DNA from: Hyphochytrium catenoides
Taxonomy: Eukaryota; Protista; Hyphochytriomycota
Direction: 5' to 3'
Assembly: GCA_900088475.1 (NCBI GenBank)
Contig: FLMG01003815.1
Coordinates: forward strand, 62,001-126,000
Length of the DNA: 64,000 nt
Shown here: positions 50,738 to 62,744 of the stretch, piece after piece
Layout of the letters: each line of letters begins with the position of its first letter
Position numbering within the stretch: the first letter of the stretch is position 1
Notes under the pieces: model-generated
Told to the model about the DNA's origin: nothing
The model's input: only the letters and a program-made list of their open reading frames with translations
The model's database searches: none
Program-made: the position numbers and the translations under genes

Positions 50738-52052
50738 CTACTTGGTGTTTTTGATGTAGGACTGGCTTCGCAGTGCTTGGATGTCAATCACCCCTGCTTC
50801 TATCTCGCCAAGAGCTCCACTCACAGCCGCACGAGCCACCTCTGTCACGTTGACGGGGGTATCCAGCACTAGACCGAGGTATCCACATTTCGCCCAGCCC
50901 TGGACGAATGAAAAGCTCGTGAAGAACTCGACAGGCTTGAGGAAGAGATGTAGAGGAACGTTGACAGGGCCAACCCTTCTAGTCCCAGAGATGGCTGATG
51001 GCCGGATGAAGTAATGCGATGTAGGAAACCTGACAAGATAGGGAGTGAGCCAGCGAAATGAAGCAAGGAGTGGAGAGGCAGCTAATCTAAGCACTTGGAG
51101 GGCATCAAGAGGATGTAAACGATTCGTCACAAGAAGGGTTAAGGAGGCAATCGAGGACTAGCGCGAGCGAAAATGCGGGACAACGACCAAGGCGAAAGAG
51201 TAAGCATTATCATCGTGGACAGGCGGGATGAAAGCAAAGGGGCTCTAACAAGAAACCCAAAGAGAAGGATAAGTTATCTTCCATCTTCGTACAGTTCTTT
51301 GATGTTATCCTCCGCGCGTCTTTTCCCGTCCATATAGCCATAAAGAGGAAACCACTTGGAATATTCCAGTCTCACATGAGCTTCAGAGATATAGGAAAAG
51401 TTTTTGATACCTGGAAGTTGAATCTCTGCGTTCAGCGCCTGGTGAAGCAAGGTCGATACGTTCGCCGCTTACCTGCATCCTTGGCCTCCTTGGCAGCAAT
51501 AATATTGGCGTCGCCGTTGACCATCTCCATGGCTTCTGTTGTTCCGAAGCCCCCAATGCACGATACTGCCAACAAATGTCAGCATGAGCATCTCAGCATC
51601 TTTAGACAGCTGCACAAGGTACGATACTCACCGGCACCAGTCGCATCGTTGAAGGCGCTGCGGTAGCTCTCAGGTCGGAACACATCCCCTACTCAGCAAG
51701 ACGTTATCACGCTAATGTCTCAAAGCCAAAACACGCTAATGGCTGCCGTACCAGCAACCCATTCAACCTTGTTTACCCATTCTTCACCAACATGAGGCTT
51801 CCCTGATCTAGAACAACAGACGTGATGAGGTGGTTTGGGCTTTCAATAGGCGATATGCAGCAAACCTGTTGACGCTTGTCACAACGAGGCCTCGTTTTAG
51901 AGCTTCCTTACAGACATGAGAGCCGACGAACCCATTCCCTCCAAACACTATGATCTTCGAGCGCAGACGTTATGGGTTTATTATGTACAGAAGGAGGAGA
52001 ATACCTCATGTGGTCAGAGCTGACGTACCTTCCTGTTAATCTTGGCACTCAT
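50738..52052 (-). CDS. Atypical SDR, NAD(P)-binding Rossmann protein (At1g32220 / yeast Coq11-like), multi-exon
   Basis: MSAKINRK|IIVFGGNGFVGSHVCKEALKRG, GDVFRPESY, VSCIGGFG..MEMVNGDANI, GYMDGKRRAE, RPSAISGTRRVG and PVNVTEVARAAV. The start may lie further upstream. Confidence 0.88.
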
Positions 52053-53224
52053 TGACGCTGATGACTGATAGCTGAGGGGCGACAATCCACGATCTGATCT
52101 TCCTAGGCGGCTTTGCCTCTTTGTGCTCCTTTTGGCAAGTGAGATAGGTCCGCGGATGAGCTTCGGAATCGTCTTCTTGAGTGAAGCTTTTGTTAGACGG
52201 ACAATGAATGAGCTTTGTGCGTCAGTGTCAGAAGACACATCTTCCTTCTGAGCTTCTCTTGGCGATTTCGCATCTTCTCCCAAAAAAGCTTTTGTAAAAT
52301 CAAGGACAAGAAGTCAGGAGACCCGAGCTTTATTCGAGTAAAGGATTCTTGCTCTGGTACTAAGACTTTCAATAGTGGTGGCACTCGACCCGAGCCTAGA
52401 TGTACTCGAGACACTATGAGACATGGCACGAAACACACAGATTGAAGGTTCAGCTAGAGAATCAGCCACCTAGCCCCTAAGATACGGATACCATTTCGAA
52501 TAACGCCCACATTTAGTACATTTATTACTTATACATCAGGAGGTTATCCTGCATAATGAGACCTGGAAAGGTGGACAATGGGACGTTACTCACTACTGTT
52601 TTACATGCCGTGGACAGGCACCGCCAAGCCGAGACCGACGCTGCAGCAGGCACAGCTCGCGGCGGCGTGGCCGTCATAAAGGAGGTCAGAAGAGTGCACT
52701 GGAGTCTGAAGAGTTGCGGAGCTCAGGGGCGGTGAGAGGCTCTAAGGAAGTGGATGATCTCCTTGATAACTGTCCCCGGGCTACGTTTACCTACTTCGCA
52801 ATAGTCGCTGTCCACTTTGTTGTTCGAGCCTGCAGCTTTGTCTGCCCTCCCTCTTCGTACTCTTCCATTCTCATGTCTTACTGCAGTACCTCGCGTTTAG
52901 TAGCTCTCTGGTCTCTCTTGGCCATGGGTTTTGTCACTCAGTCGGCACGAAGCAGTTAACCCTTTTCTGTTCAGCTCCCTGACCTTGCTTCCTTTTCTGA
53001 GACTGAACGCTGTCCTTATAAAGATTGAAGCGAGGATATTCGCCGTAAGCCAGGGCAAGCGGAAGAGATAGGAACGACAAGTCGAGCCGTCTATGAGCAC
53101 AGCGACCCTAAAAACTATTGATGGAGTTAAAATAGCATATGGTGCTTGTATATATTCATGCAAAAACTAAATTTATCTGAAGCTCTGCTCATCTACGGCT
53201 AGCAGATAGCCGACACTAATACTC

Positions 53225-56200
53225 TCAAGCCATGAAGAGACCGAGAAGGAGAGAAGAAAGAAGGAAAGAGAGAATATATACTGACAATGAGGCAGGGACC
53301 ACAAAGAACGCAGCGCTGACGTCTACCCGGGTCTTCATGCCAGCCTCCAGATGATCAGCGACGTCACACTTCAGCACATAAGAAGCTGCAGGAGTCTCAG
53401 GAGCAGTCAGAACGTCCACAGTGGTGGAGGTGCCTGGTAGAAGCTCAACAGTCGTAGACTTTCTCTGCCTTCCTTGCCCGAGCACAATGCCTGGCATGTT
53501 CGGGGTGTGAAGGCCGTTCTCTGTTCCTACAGAGAGTAGATGCCACCGGCTGATTTGGTTGTTCTTCTGCACTTCGATAGTGGGCATGGTGCAGTAAAGG
53601 AAGCCATTGATGTTGTGCTTCTGGTTACTTTCTAGAAAGTCTTCCTCGTTCTTGAGAACCGTCAACCTGTTGGCTCTCTCCTCAGAGCTTTCCAGTCTGT
53701 TCCTCTTCTCTCTATACTTTCTGAAGAAAGAACGGTCCAGATACTTCTCCATATTATAGTCGAGGTATGGACTGATGTTCTCATCAAAGACGCTGAAAAG
53801 AAGGACATGCTCAGCTTCGATACCAGCAGGGAATGGCTTAGTGGCATCATTGTCCTTCAGCTGATCGGCACGGGTGACGACAATCGGCCCCATCAATCCT
53901 GCCGATGTGGACACGACGGTGTCTACAGGTGATTGATAGAGGAAAGCAGCAGAAGACAAGTCCGCCTCTCCAAGAGCAGCAGTCTCGGGACTAGCATACC
54001 ATGTGAAGGTTGCCTTTTCGTTAGGCTTCACAGCGAGAGAAGGATCGGAGGAAGACAGCACAGAGCCATCTTCAGCGAGGACCTGTAGGGCACTGGGGAA
54101 AATTCCGGCCTCTGATTCCTCAAGTAGGTTCTTGAAGACAACCTTCACCTTCTGACCCACAGCCACGCGGACAATGGGACCTAAAATGCCAAGATACTTC
54201 TCGTCTCCCGTTCTCTTCGTCCTTTTGGTGAAGTCTTCATCCTCATACTGCCGGTAAACCGCCTTCTTGTATAGCGAACCAATCGTCACATCTGTCCGCA
54301 CGGTGTACAGGGCAGCCTTCTCGTTGTCTTCAAGCTTCTCCAGTGTGCAACCATCGAGCCCCCTGCCAGGCGTGTAGTCGTGCTGAATCTCTTCCGCGGC
54401 AATGAAGTAGGTCAGCACAGGAAGGTCAGCGGTTGCAGCTAAGGCCTTAGCAGCTGGTGCCTCCGTCTTGCTGTCAGAAGCTGGGGTGGACCCGTTACCT
54501 TCGGAGATGACAACTGGGGCAATCATCCCGCCTAGATTGTGGTCCTGCACCTGACAAGACAGAGAGAGATTGCCTGGTTTCTGGGGACCCATCTCAACGT
54601 TGAGCATGGATGAAGCCATCAGCGCCACGGTGCTAACTCTTTTTCCTGAAGCTATCACCGTGCGGCCATCCCAATGGGGTGTGTGCACGTCCACCTCGTT
54701 ACCCAGAGAGACCAAATGCCAGAGAGACCGCTCAGACGAAGACAGAGCAAAGCTAGGACCAGAACAAAAGAGATAGCCATTGATAGCGTGCTTCAGCATG
54801 CTCTCTGCGAAGAGAGGAGACGCCATGAGACCCTGCATGGCATCAATGCCTCGGTAGCCTGACAGGTGCTTCTGCACATTCTCTGTAGCATAACTGCTGG
54901 CTACCTCATCCAACACGGTGAAGAATGCGAAGAACTCCTTCTCATACCCCTTGGGCTTCAGATCCTCAGTAGCTCGCTTGGGGTCTACGACAGCAATAAG
55001 GCCAACTAGACCGGAATTTGTATCGGCGATCTCATCCACGTGAGAGTGATAGAGCCATACAATGGAGGCAGGGTCATTGGGACCAGGACCTGCATAAAGC
55101 GGAGGTAAGAAGGTGTATATAAGGCGCCCAAGAGGCACGCAATCAAGACTGTGCGTTGAATAGAATAGGAAATAGAGAGTGTCGTATCCTCTCACCAGCT
55201 CTCTCAGGGACCTCCCAGCGGTAAATGTGCGTCTTGTTTGGCGATACGATGCCGTCCCATCCCGCTGGATTGTAATGGGCTCCCTCATGTGTCTTGTTAT
55301 AGAAGACACCGTGCGGGTGCATGCTGTGCATAGGCAAAAGTCGTGAGTGAGCTTTATCTAAAAGGAGTAGTAGAGTGAGAAAGCATGGTACCTTGCATTG
55401 CGGTTCAAATTGTTCCTGAAGTGAACGACAAGCGTGTCTCCCACAGCGGCTCTTAGAAGTGGACCGAGTAGTCCCATGTGCTCCTCATCTTTTGTCCTTT
55501 CTTTTCTTTCCTTGAAGTCTGGCCCAGTGTACTCTACAAAGAGGGCCTTTGTATACACGCTGCCCAGAGCATAGGCACCTGGACTCACAAATATTGCCTC
55601 TTCAGGAAGGAACTCCTCTCCAGTACAAGGGTTGATCTTCTTGTCTTCGCTAGGGAGATAGTCCCATTCTACTTCTTCTGCTGCTACAAAGTACTCGCGC
55701 TCCTTTCCAGTGAGCGCAGGAAGGGCTTTCTTGTCCTTCGATTCTTCCACAGTGTAGAGCGCCATCATGCCCGCCTTCAAATGGTCGTTCACGTGGCAAT
55801 GATATAACCAAGTACCAGGAGTGTCCACAGTCATGTCAGCGGTCCACACGGATCCAGCAATCAGTTCGTGCTCGTCCTTCCTCTCTCCAGAAATAAGAGC
55901 CGTGTTGGCGTGCCAATGAGGAGTATGAAGGTCAGTCTCTGAACCCACAGAAGCGACATACCAGCGGACACGTTGACCGTTGACCGTCTTCAGATCCGGC
56001 ACATTGCAGTAGAGATAACCGTTGATCGTGTGCTTCAGGTTACTCTCTTGAAAATCTCCATCATCAGCCAGAGCTTTAAGGTCCGACATAGCAGGGATCA
56101 GGGGCTGCAGTCCTGGCTCCAGAGGAGAGGCGTTGCTCTGAACTCTTCTAACGTTAAGGTCGAATAGAGGAGAGCTGTTCTCGTCCTGGATAAGGAAGAG

Positions 56201-57046
56201 CGTGACAAACTCTACGTCAACGTCCCTGGGTGTCCCATCTGGGTTAGCCATGCCTTTCTTTGTGACAATGATGGGTCCTACAAGCCCAAGATTGGTCCAT
56301 TGAGCTAGTCTGCGAGCCGGTCGGTAGAGCCACATCATCGAGGAAGCACTAGATTCTCCAGATGGGGCAGCGATGCTGTCTGCTCTCCAAAGGTATCGTG
56401 CCTTATCGCCAGATTTTACGGAGCGAGGGACTGCGAGTTCTTGAGCGTCTTTACCAGAAGTGATGGGTGTGAGTCCCATTGGTTTGATGCTCACACGCTC
56501 TCTAGCCTTGTTTTTGAAGATAATCTCTGCCGTGTCGCCCTCCTCAAGATGAATAACGGGACCTACGATGAAGCATAATACCAACAGAGGAGGCGTCCAG
56601 GAAAGCGACAAAGCGTTAGTCATGAACGAGCTCCACACTGATCAGTTCACCTATAGCAGGGAGAAGAACAAGGGCAGGTCATAGCTTGGCTTACCTACGA
56701 GCCCAAGATGTCTCCACTGTGGAGGCTGCTCTACCATGGTCTCGAAGGAATCATCGGTAAAAGCGCGATAGACGATCTTGGTATAGACTGACCCGATACG
56801 AAGACCAGGAGCGGGAGAGACGAAAAGATCTTCTTCGGGAGAGAGCGGTGCATTCTTGCACATATTACGCTTTTCAGGTGCATAGTCCCAGTCCAGCTCT
56901 ACTGCTCCTATGTAGAATGTCCTAGTCTGCTGCGCTTCTACCAGGAGAGTCGGGGAGGGCAACAGAGGAAGATGAAGAGCCAAGAAGCCCGTGATGAGCA
57001 GCAGCAGCTCTGCCCCACAGCCCCATCGGCGAGAGGAAAGCGCCAT
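53225..57046 (-). CDS. Six-cupredoxin-domain multicopper oxidase (ceruloplasmin/hephaestin/FOX1-like ferroxidase), 4 exons
   Basis: Signal peptide, then three repeats of Y(F)IAAxExxWDY-P..GSxYxKxxY..GxxGP. Copper motifs HTPHWH, HCHVNDHLKAGM, HPHG, HSH, SCQVQDHNLGGM and KCDVADHLEAGM. Hydrophobic C-terminal tail. Confidence 0.93.
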
Positions 57047-57289
57047 AGTTTTTCTACTCACACTCTTTCTCTCACACTTCCTTGTTGATCTAGCCGCTGT
57101 ATGGCGCGACCCTTGTTGGCGCAGGAGAGGGGAAGTTAGAGAAATGAGGGGGAGGAGGAAGGTGCGCCTACTTCCTGTCGTGGTTCGACTTCTGCTCATG
57201 CCATGCTTTGCAGAGCTTACTCTAAACAGGTAGTCGAGCGGGCCAGGAGAGTGGAGCTGGAGGGGAAGGGCTAATTGTCAAAGAACAAG

Positions 57290-58658
57290 AGGGGGAGAGA
57301 CGAAAGGAGAGAGGAGAGAGGAGCGGAGAGAGAAGAGCAGAGAGAGAAGAGAGGAGAGAGAGAGGCTGATTCGAAGAAGAAATGGGGAGATTGACGTATT
57401 GCCAAAGAAAGTGAAGGTGGAGGTGCTACCAAGATCCTTACTATATAACCACCGTCCTTGCTTATCATGGAGGAAAGAGACGAAGGTGGGACCTTTGGCT
57501 GGCCTGCATGCCATCCTCCTCTTCCCCTGTTGCCCTTTCAGGTTCCCTGCCGACTTCCTCTCCCAGCGCTGCCTTTCTTTCTCTCTCNNNNNNNNNNNNN
57601 NNNNNNNNNNNNNNNNNNNNNNNNNNNNNNNNNNNNNNNNNNNNNNNNNNNNNNNNNNNNNNNNNNNNNNNNNNNNNNNNTCTCTCTCGCCCCGATGTCG
57701 AGATGATGACATGACAGCCAAAACCTACACCTGGCACGCCCATCCATCACGGATCTTGGGGCTTGAGCTTGATGCTATCTCCCTTGTAAAAGACAATATA
57801 TCTCTTCACTCACATACAGCTTGATCTGTCTCGTAGATATGTCTGCAGATGGCCTTAGCTTAACACTGCGGTTGTCCCAACCTTGAGCTTCTCTCTCACC
57901 TTCATTCTTCTCAATGTCTCTACGCTCTGTCTTGTATCAGGCGTGGCCTCTGTCTGTCTAGGTTTAGACGATGACTCAGATCCGGGAACTACAAAGTTCC
58001 AAGCAATAAATGCGGGAGCCATTTGTTCTAGATTCGCCATTTTGGCGTGGAAAACAAAGGACCCTGCCCTCTCCATTCCAGGTGACGCCCTCCATGAAGC
58101 GCACCGCACATGGGAACAACACCACATCCGCCGTCATAATAGCCCTGACAATTACCTCCGTCGTTCCTAAAATGTCTTGTTTTTGCGCTGTAGAACCGGG
58201 AACTTGGATGTTCACCTGTTCTAAATCGAAGGAAGTTGAAGGCAAGAATCAGGAGGAGGAAGTCAGATGAAAAGCTGTCGTGGAAGGGTTGCTAACCAAT
58301 CATCTCGGTTTGCACCGTCCTTACAAGGAAATCCCAAGTTCTAAAATGCTCCGCTCCCGCACTTCTAAAGGAATGTGATGATAGGACTCCGCGCCTATAA
58401 TGCACAGGGACATCATCGATTTAGAACTCCTATTTTAACAGCGCTAGTCATTTCCTAAATTTATTCTGGGAGATGTATTGTATGGCCTGAGTAATTCTCA
58501 GGGTGGCGCGGGATTTTGGGTTAGGTTGGAAAGTGGGAGGGGAACTAGGAAGTTCTGGGGTCCTTTCACCTCTTTTGCCTCGCCTTTTATATTATTACTT
58601 TCGGCGTCCGCCATCGCTTTTTCGAAGGTTTGGTCATGTTCCCTAAGAAGATGGCGGC

Positions 58659-58693
<35 letters not shown>

Positions 58694-58797
58694 CAGAGAG
58701 ACATCTTGTGTCTCCTCGTATCTTGTGTGCAGGTGGAGGGACTGTGATAGTGACCAGCGGGCAAGGGTTTGGAGACAATTGAAGAAAACAGAAAAAA

Positions 58798-58832
<35 letters not shown>

Positions 58833-58985
58833 AAGAAAGAAAGAGAAGGGGAAAGTGTGGTTAAAGCAAAGCTCTTGTAGCGAGAGTCAATCAGAGAGAG
58901 GAGAGGTAAGCAGCGGTGCTGTCTGGTGCTATTATTCGGAGGGGATACAGAGAGGAAGAGAAGCGAGAGAGGGGGAGGAGGGAGG

Positions 58986-59028
<43 letters not shown>
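57290..59028. repeat. Cluster of (GA)n/(CT)n tracts in the divergent oxidase-ZIP intergenic region (includes N gap 57588-57680)
   Basis: GA-rich runs at ~57290-57365, 58659-58700, 58797-58845 and 58988-59028, plus CT runs flanking the gap. Confidence 0.9.
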
Positions 59029-59030
<2 letters not shown>

Positions 59031-59328
59031 CAGAAGCGGTACCTGACTGGTAATAAAGCCTCACGAAGACATGATGACGAGACTCTCCACCTGTTGAGCA
59101 CCCTCTTTTGTTTCAACCACCATCATCGCTCACCCTCTCTCTCTTCCTTCCATCTGACCTTCCTTAGAGTCCTGCCTCCCGTGAGCAATTCCAAGCTCAT
59201 TTCTCAATCTTCAGGCTGCGTCAATGCAAGCACCGAGGGGGAGAAGCCAATCTTGTTGCTTACCTCTCTTTGTCCCCTCCGAGCTTCATCGCCACTGTTG
59301 ATCATCTACCTCACACAAAGACAGCACG

Positions 59329-60252
59329 ATGGCGGAGGGACTAGCCTTTCAGATCACGTCTATCGTGGTCCTTTTTTTCATTGGCATCATAGGCACTTTG
59401 ATCCCCCTCTTCTTCAACAAGAAGATCAGCATTCTGGCGTATCTCAACATCTTTGCCGCTGGTGTCTTCCTTGCCATTGGTCTTATGACCATTCTTCCTG
59501 AGGCTGCCGAGCATCTGGAGATTGCAAGTGAGCAAACCAAGGAGTTCCCGTGGGCTTACTTCCTTACCATCGTGGGATTCTTCATCATCTTCCTCACTGA
59601 AGAAGTGGCGCATGTGTACTATAGAAAGGCCTTCGGACGCTCTTCTCATGATGACCTGGAGAGCCCAGTACCTGGACAAACCGAGTTCGTGCAGTCTGCG
59701 GATGTGCGGATGTCAGAGAAGCGCGATGGACAGGTGGCTCCTATGACAAGTGAAGAGCATCACTCTCTCCTGGCTGCTATTGTGCTGCTTCTGGCGCTCT
59801 CCATCCACGAGGTTCTGGAAGGTTTCTCTATTGGAGCCATGGAGAATGCATGGGGATTGCTGGTCGCCCTAATCTTCCATAAAACCGTAGAGAGTTTGGC
59901 GCTTGGTGCTGCTTTTGTTAGGGCCAACATCAACCGTAGAGCATTCTTCGCTATCATCTTCGTGTACTCTCTGATGCTGCCTTTGGGCATTGGGCTCGGT
60001 ATCGCTAGTCAGCAGGAGGGTACCACCCTTACGGGTGTCCTTCTCGCTCTGTCCGCAGGCTCATTTCTCTACATCTCAACTGCGGAAATTATTCCAGAGG
60101 AGTTCCATATCAAGCACCAGAAGGACAGGGCTATCCGCTATCTGTTCCTTTTTGGTGGCACCGTGGTCATGTCCGTGATGATCTTGCTGGAGGAGATTGC
60201 TGAGCTTGCGACGGAGGATGAGGAGCTGCAAGGTACAGGAATGGAGTTCTAG
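59329..60252 (+). CDS. ZIP family (ZRT/IRT-like) divalent metal transporter, intronless
   Basis: About 8 TM segments, with NIFAAGVFLAIGLMTILPEA, FPWAYFL..GFF..EEV, TM4 ALSIHEVLEG, TM5 IFHKTVES, PLGIGLG and SAGSFLYIS..EIIPEEF. Confidence 0.95.
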   Translation: MAEGLAFQITSIVVLFFIGIIGTLIPLFFNKKISILAYLNIFAAGVFLAIGLMTILPEAAEHLEIASEQTKEFPWAYFLTIVGFFIIFLTEEVAHVYYRKAFGRSSHDDLESPVPGQTEFVQSADVRMSEKRDGQVAPMTSEEHHSLLAAIVLLLALSIHEVLEGFSIGAMENAWGLLVALIFHKTVESLALGAAFVRANINRRAFFAIIFVYSLMLPLGIGLGIASQQEGTTLTGVLLALSAGSFLYISTAEIIPEEFHIKHQKDRAIRYLFLFGGTVVMSVMILLEEIAELATEDEELQGTGMEF

Positions 60253-62744
60253 AACTCTTCCGTGATGAGGAAGGAAGGACTATGTATTGCCCTTTGTCAG
60301 GGCCTTCACTTTACTTTACGCTGCAGGGTCTGCAATGGTCCAGACCATTAATGAGTATGTTTGTAACAGCTAAATAACATATATTCCACCAAGAAACCTT
60401 GGGGACTGAGCTCTTGATGCAGCTGTCCTAACAATTTGTTGCCTACGCGATGTCTCGCTCTCTTGAATTGATGATGTGCTAGCCCAGCTAGAGCTCACAA
60501 GCCATTAATACTACGCTAATAATTGGCAACAAATAATATGTGTTAATGCAAGAAATCTTAGTCCATTCCCCGTCATCAGTGCCTCGTAAGACGACAGACA
60601 ACGACATACACTTATGAGAAGAGCTGAGAAGATTGACAACGACATGTAGACACCTGTATAAACTGAGAGTCTGATAAAGCATACTGACGGAGAAGTTGTT
60701 TTTACCGAAAGAGTAAACAACACGTAGGGCAGAAACGACAACAAGAAGAGAGGTAAAAAGCATCCAAACCATTTCTTCTTCTCTCCTCTCACTCCATTTG
60801 ACCTCTGACCGTGCCTGAGTATGCTCAACGTCTCTTGGCTTGAAGTAACCCAGATATGGCCACTTTTCTGAGGTATCCACTGGCCAAAGATGTTCAATCG
60901 GGGAAATCCTTCTCCTCCGCAGAAATGAGGAGACTTCCAGGAAGGTCAACTTTGACTTGGGGAGCACTTCATCCGATCTCCTATCTGCCAGATAGCATCA
61001 TGGTGACTTATGAAACTGTTGCAAGCTGGTCTTCATAGCATCTTAAAACGTCATCAGAAAGAAGACTTCACCTATCCTTGGGGGTGCTTCCCCTCTAATG
61101 ATCAAAGAGCAGAATCCCAATAGGGTTAGAGCCACCACCTTCGTAGAGAAAGCCTGAGAGTAGGTCTTATGGCACTTGGGATCAAAGCAAGAGCCACGCA
61201 GTATCGGCTACTGACCGTACCAGGACAGAGTTGTTAGTGCCCAAAGTTTAGTTCTGCTGCAAGTAACGCGACGGACGCCATAGAAGAATGGCTAACGGCC
61301 AACAACGTTTCGACACGGCTGGACCATGAAGTTTGGCATTGTGCGGTTTCTTCGGTTCCGAAAGTGGAGACTATGTCGACTCGCAGCATGTCGTCACGCC
61401 CCAATAACCATGTGAAGAAGTTAAAAGTCACACGAAGGCATCAGGATGAGGGTAGTTGCCTCAAGCACAGGCAAAAGCATTGTCCATCACGCTGATCTCA
61501 CTACTCTTCCGTTGTCTGCAATATGCGCTACTGAAGGTAATAATGGAAAAGGTAATATCTTCCTGCGAAAGTCTGATCACTTCAAAAAGAGCCCAGCGAA
61601 AACATCGCATGGGTTGAGGCTCGAGATAGCAGTGATACGATCCGCCTCACTTGGTTACTGTCACTTCGACAAAGGACTGCAGATCCACTGGGGAAGGATG
61701 GGCTCTGAAGAAGTCTACTACTCTGTGCAGGACATGGACCCTGGGCCACCACTTCTTCCCGGTCAAGGATCCGAACTTATGCCACGATCGTAGTGATGGG
61801 GACCCATCCTTGGGGACTGAAGACCGGAAACCATGACGCGATCGCCGGGAGGCCTTCTCTCCTGGGACAGCAACCTTGACAGGCTTTGGAGCCCTCGATT
61901 ACTCCTGCCTGCAGCTTGGGGCGTCGCCCCCACCCCATTTCCAACTGGCTCTTCTTTTGAATGTTAAATCGTCCTCTTCATCTTCCACCCACACCACCAA
62001 CCTTCCAGTCTAGACGACTGGAAGGTTCCTTGGTTGGCCAACAACAACCATTAATATCTATAGGTGGCTTGTCTCCTGCAGTCGCGCGACACTACGAATC
62101 ATCTGCGGCAACACCGGTACAGCGCGCCTCTCCCCTTTAACCTAACACGACGGGTGCAGCAGGTAACAGTAACGGTAAAGTGTCCATGATGGGCTTCAGG
62201 TGTCAGATAGATAGAGACAGAGTTAGGAGGGCCCTGTGTTAATGGACGGGGACGGGGACTGCGATATATTCCTATCATCGGCCTAAGACCCGCTCGGCCA
62301 ATCACAGCTCATCCAGCAGCGAGACTGGTCAGTCAACACTGTTCGGACGTATTATGGATAAACAAACCGTTAATCCTCTGTAAATTGAATCAGCCTGATA
62401 ATACGGTCAGATTGAGGAAGCGCAATCCATCATTGAACTGGTCCAGTCCAAGAGTGTGGAGCTAGCTTGGGGGCAGCAACAGAGCACTATGCATCTTCAT
62501 GGAATGGAGAAGAAGATTGATAGCTCTTTCATTGAGCGAAGCCCATCAGCCCTACCTGGCCTCCTGAAGTGAGCTCTTTCTTTGTGGGCCCAGGGAGTGC
62601 CGCGTTAGTGGCGCTCTAGCATGCGCCTTTGGCTGTAATAACTCCCACCACGCTGGCGTTGAGTCAAGGCATACACCGTTATCTCCGGCATGGCAGAACA
62701 AGAGAGCAGGGTGATGGAGCAGGCCCATTGAGACGTAAACAGTC

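Noticed and set aside
60488-61900. Fragments faintly like retroelement protease/integrase (LLGRDDML, KWWPRV)
   Set aside because: They lack catalytic motifs, RT and LTRs, and the similarity is too weak.
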